The notes under the pieces are model-generated. The model did no database searches, was not told the DNA's origin, and saw nothing but the letters and a program-made list of their open reading frames with translations. The translations under genes and the position numbers were made by a program. From Octopus bimaculoides (lineage: Eukaryota): 64,000 bases of DNA. The stretch covers positions 11,497,959 through 11,561,958 of the forward strand of contig NC_069005.1 of the NCBI RefSeq assembly GCF_001194135.2. The letters are read 5' to 3'. Shown in pieces: positions 63,375 to 64,000 of the stretch. The stretch's first letter is position 1. Every line of letters starts with the position of its first letter.

Positions 63375-63666
63375 CCTTTTAAAGGGACTCCCATAACAGG
63401 CATCACGATAATGGCGAGCATGGCTTTCCAGTGGAGGCCCACCAATTTCCCCAAGAGGCAACAACCGTGGTGAGCCTGTCTGGTTTGGTACCTTGTATTC
63501 GCGCTCTGAATTGTGAACTTGTGATCTTTGAACCGTGAAGACTCGATGTATGTCATCAAAGCCCCGTGCCATGACACCAGTTTTCGTGTGGGCCAGATCA
63601 AATGTGTGGCCAAGCTCATGTAAAGATGAACCAAGACCTGTAGAATAGTTGGCCCAGTAATATTCG
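63375..63666 (-). CDS. Zinc metallopeptidase (metzincin-like; YIL108W/Metallopep-like), catalytic exon; gene 5' part lies beyond window
   Basis: Acceptor ctactttcag|C (phase 2), open frame EYYWANYSTGLGSSLHELGHTFDLAHTKTGVMARGFDDIHRVFTVQR...SPFKR, donor AGG|GTAAGA (phase 0). HExxHxxxxxH zinc motif followed by GVM Met-turn. Family assignment is from recalled motif similarity, not a search. Confidence 0.9.
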
Positions 63667-63691
63667 CTGAAAGTAGATTATTATTATTATT

Positions 63692-64000
63692 GAGTGAGAG
63701 AGCAAAGAGACACTGGGGTAAAATATACGAAGCCCAGTATACCCATCATGACTACCTGTCTGATAAGGGTATACCAGGCACATGCATCACAACCATATGT
63801 ACGCGACATGGTGATCTCATATCAAGATAAACAGTGCATGACCTCGCAGGTGGGGCCCAGTTAGAATTTTCTTCAGATCGAGTAACCTATCCCGCTCAAA
63901 AGGTCCCTGAATAAGGTATGTTTAAGGATGTTGAGCAAAACACCGATGTTTCCAAAGGTGAATTATTCAAACCCCAAAGAATTCCTCTCAACACATGGCT
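63692..64000 (-). mobile_element. Second copy of the TAA-associated retroelement, abutting the peptidase splice acceptor
   Basis: Reverse complement of ~38965-39290, with an internal deletion near the 3' end; followed by (AAT)5. Confidence 0.8.

Overview
AT-rich, gap-containing animal genomic DNA dense in microsatellites and interspersed repeats. The SINE families and repeat landscape resemble Octopus (inference, not verified). One host gene is supported: the 3' part of a minus-strand metzincin-like zinc metallopeptidase (HELGHTFDLAH plus GVM Met-turn; resembles the YIL108W/'Metallopep' family). It was assembled by hand from five phase-compatible exons: 63666-63375, 62106-61764 (or 61797), 28714-28426, 27478-27425 and 25965-25722. 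It has a ~33-kb intron and a ~245-aa microsatellite-derived linker, and its 5' exons lie beyond the window. The rest is mostly decayed mobile DNA: RTE and R4/Dong LINE fragments, several tRNA-derived SINE families, Tc1/mariner relics, nested hAT MITEs, Penelope-like repeats and a duplicated tRNA-Ser pseudogene. Best leads are (1) a type I hammerhead ribozyme with an intact core, sense-oriented in the last intron of the peptidase gene, with further degenerate copies nearby, and (2) a SAP-domain ORF lying antisense between the left terminal repeat and the transposase of a Tc1 element. No CRISPR, rRNA or intact tRNA genes were seen. Most long entries in the ORF track are artefacts of N-gaps or microsatellites.
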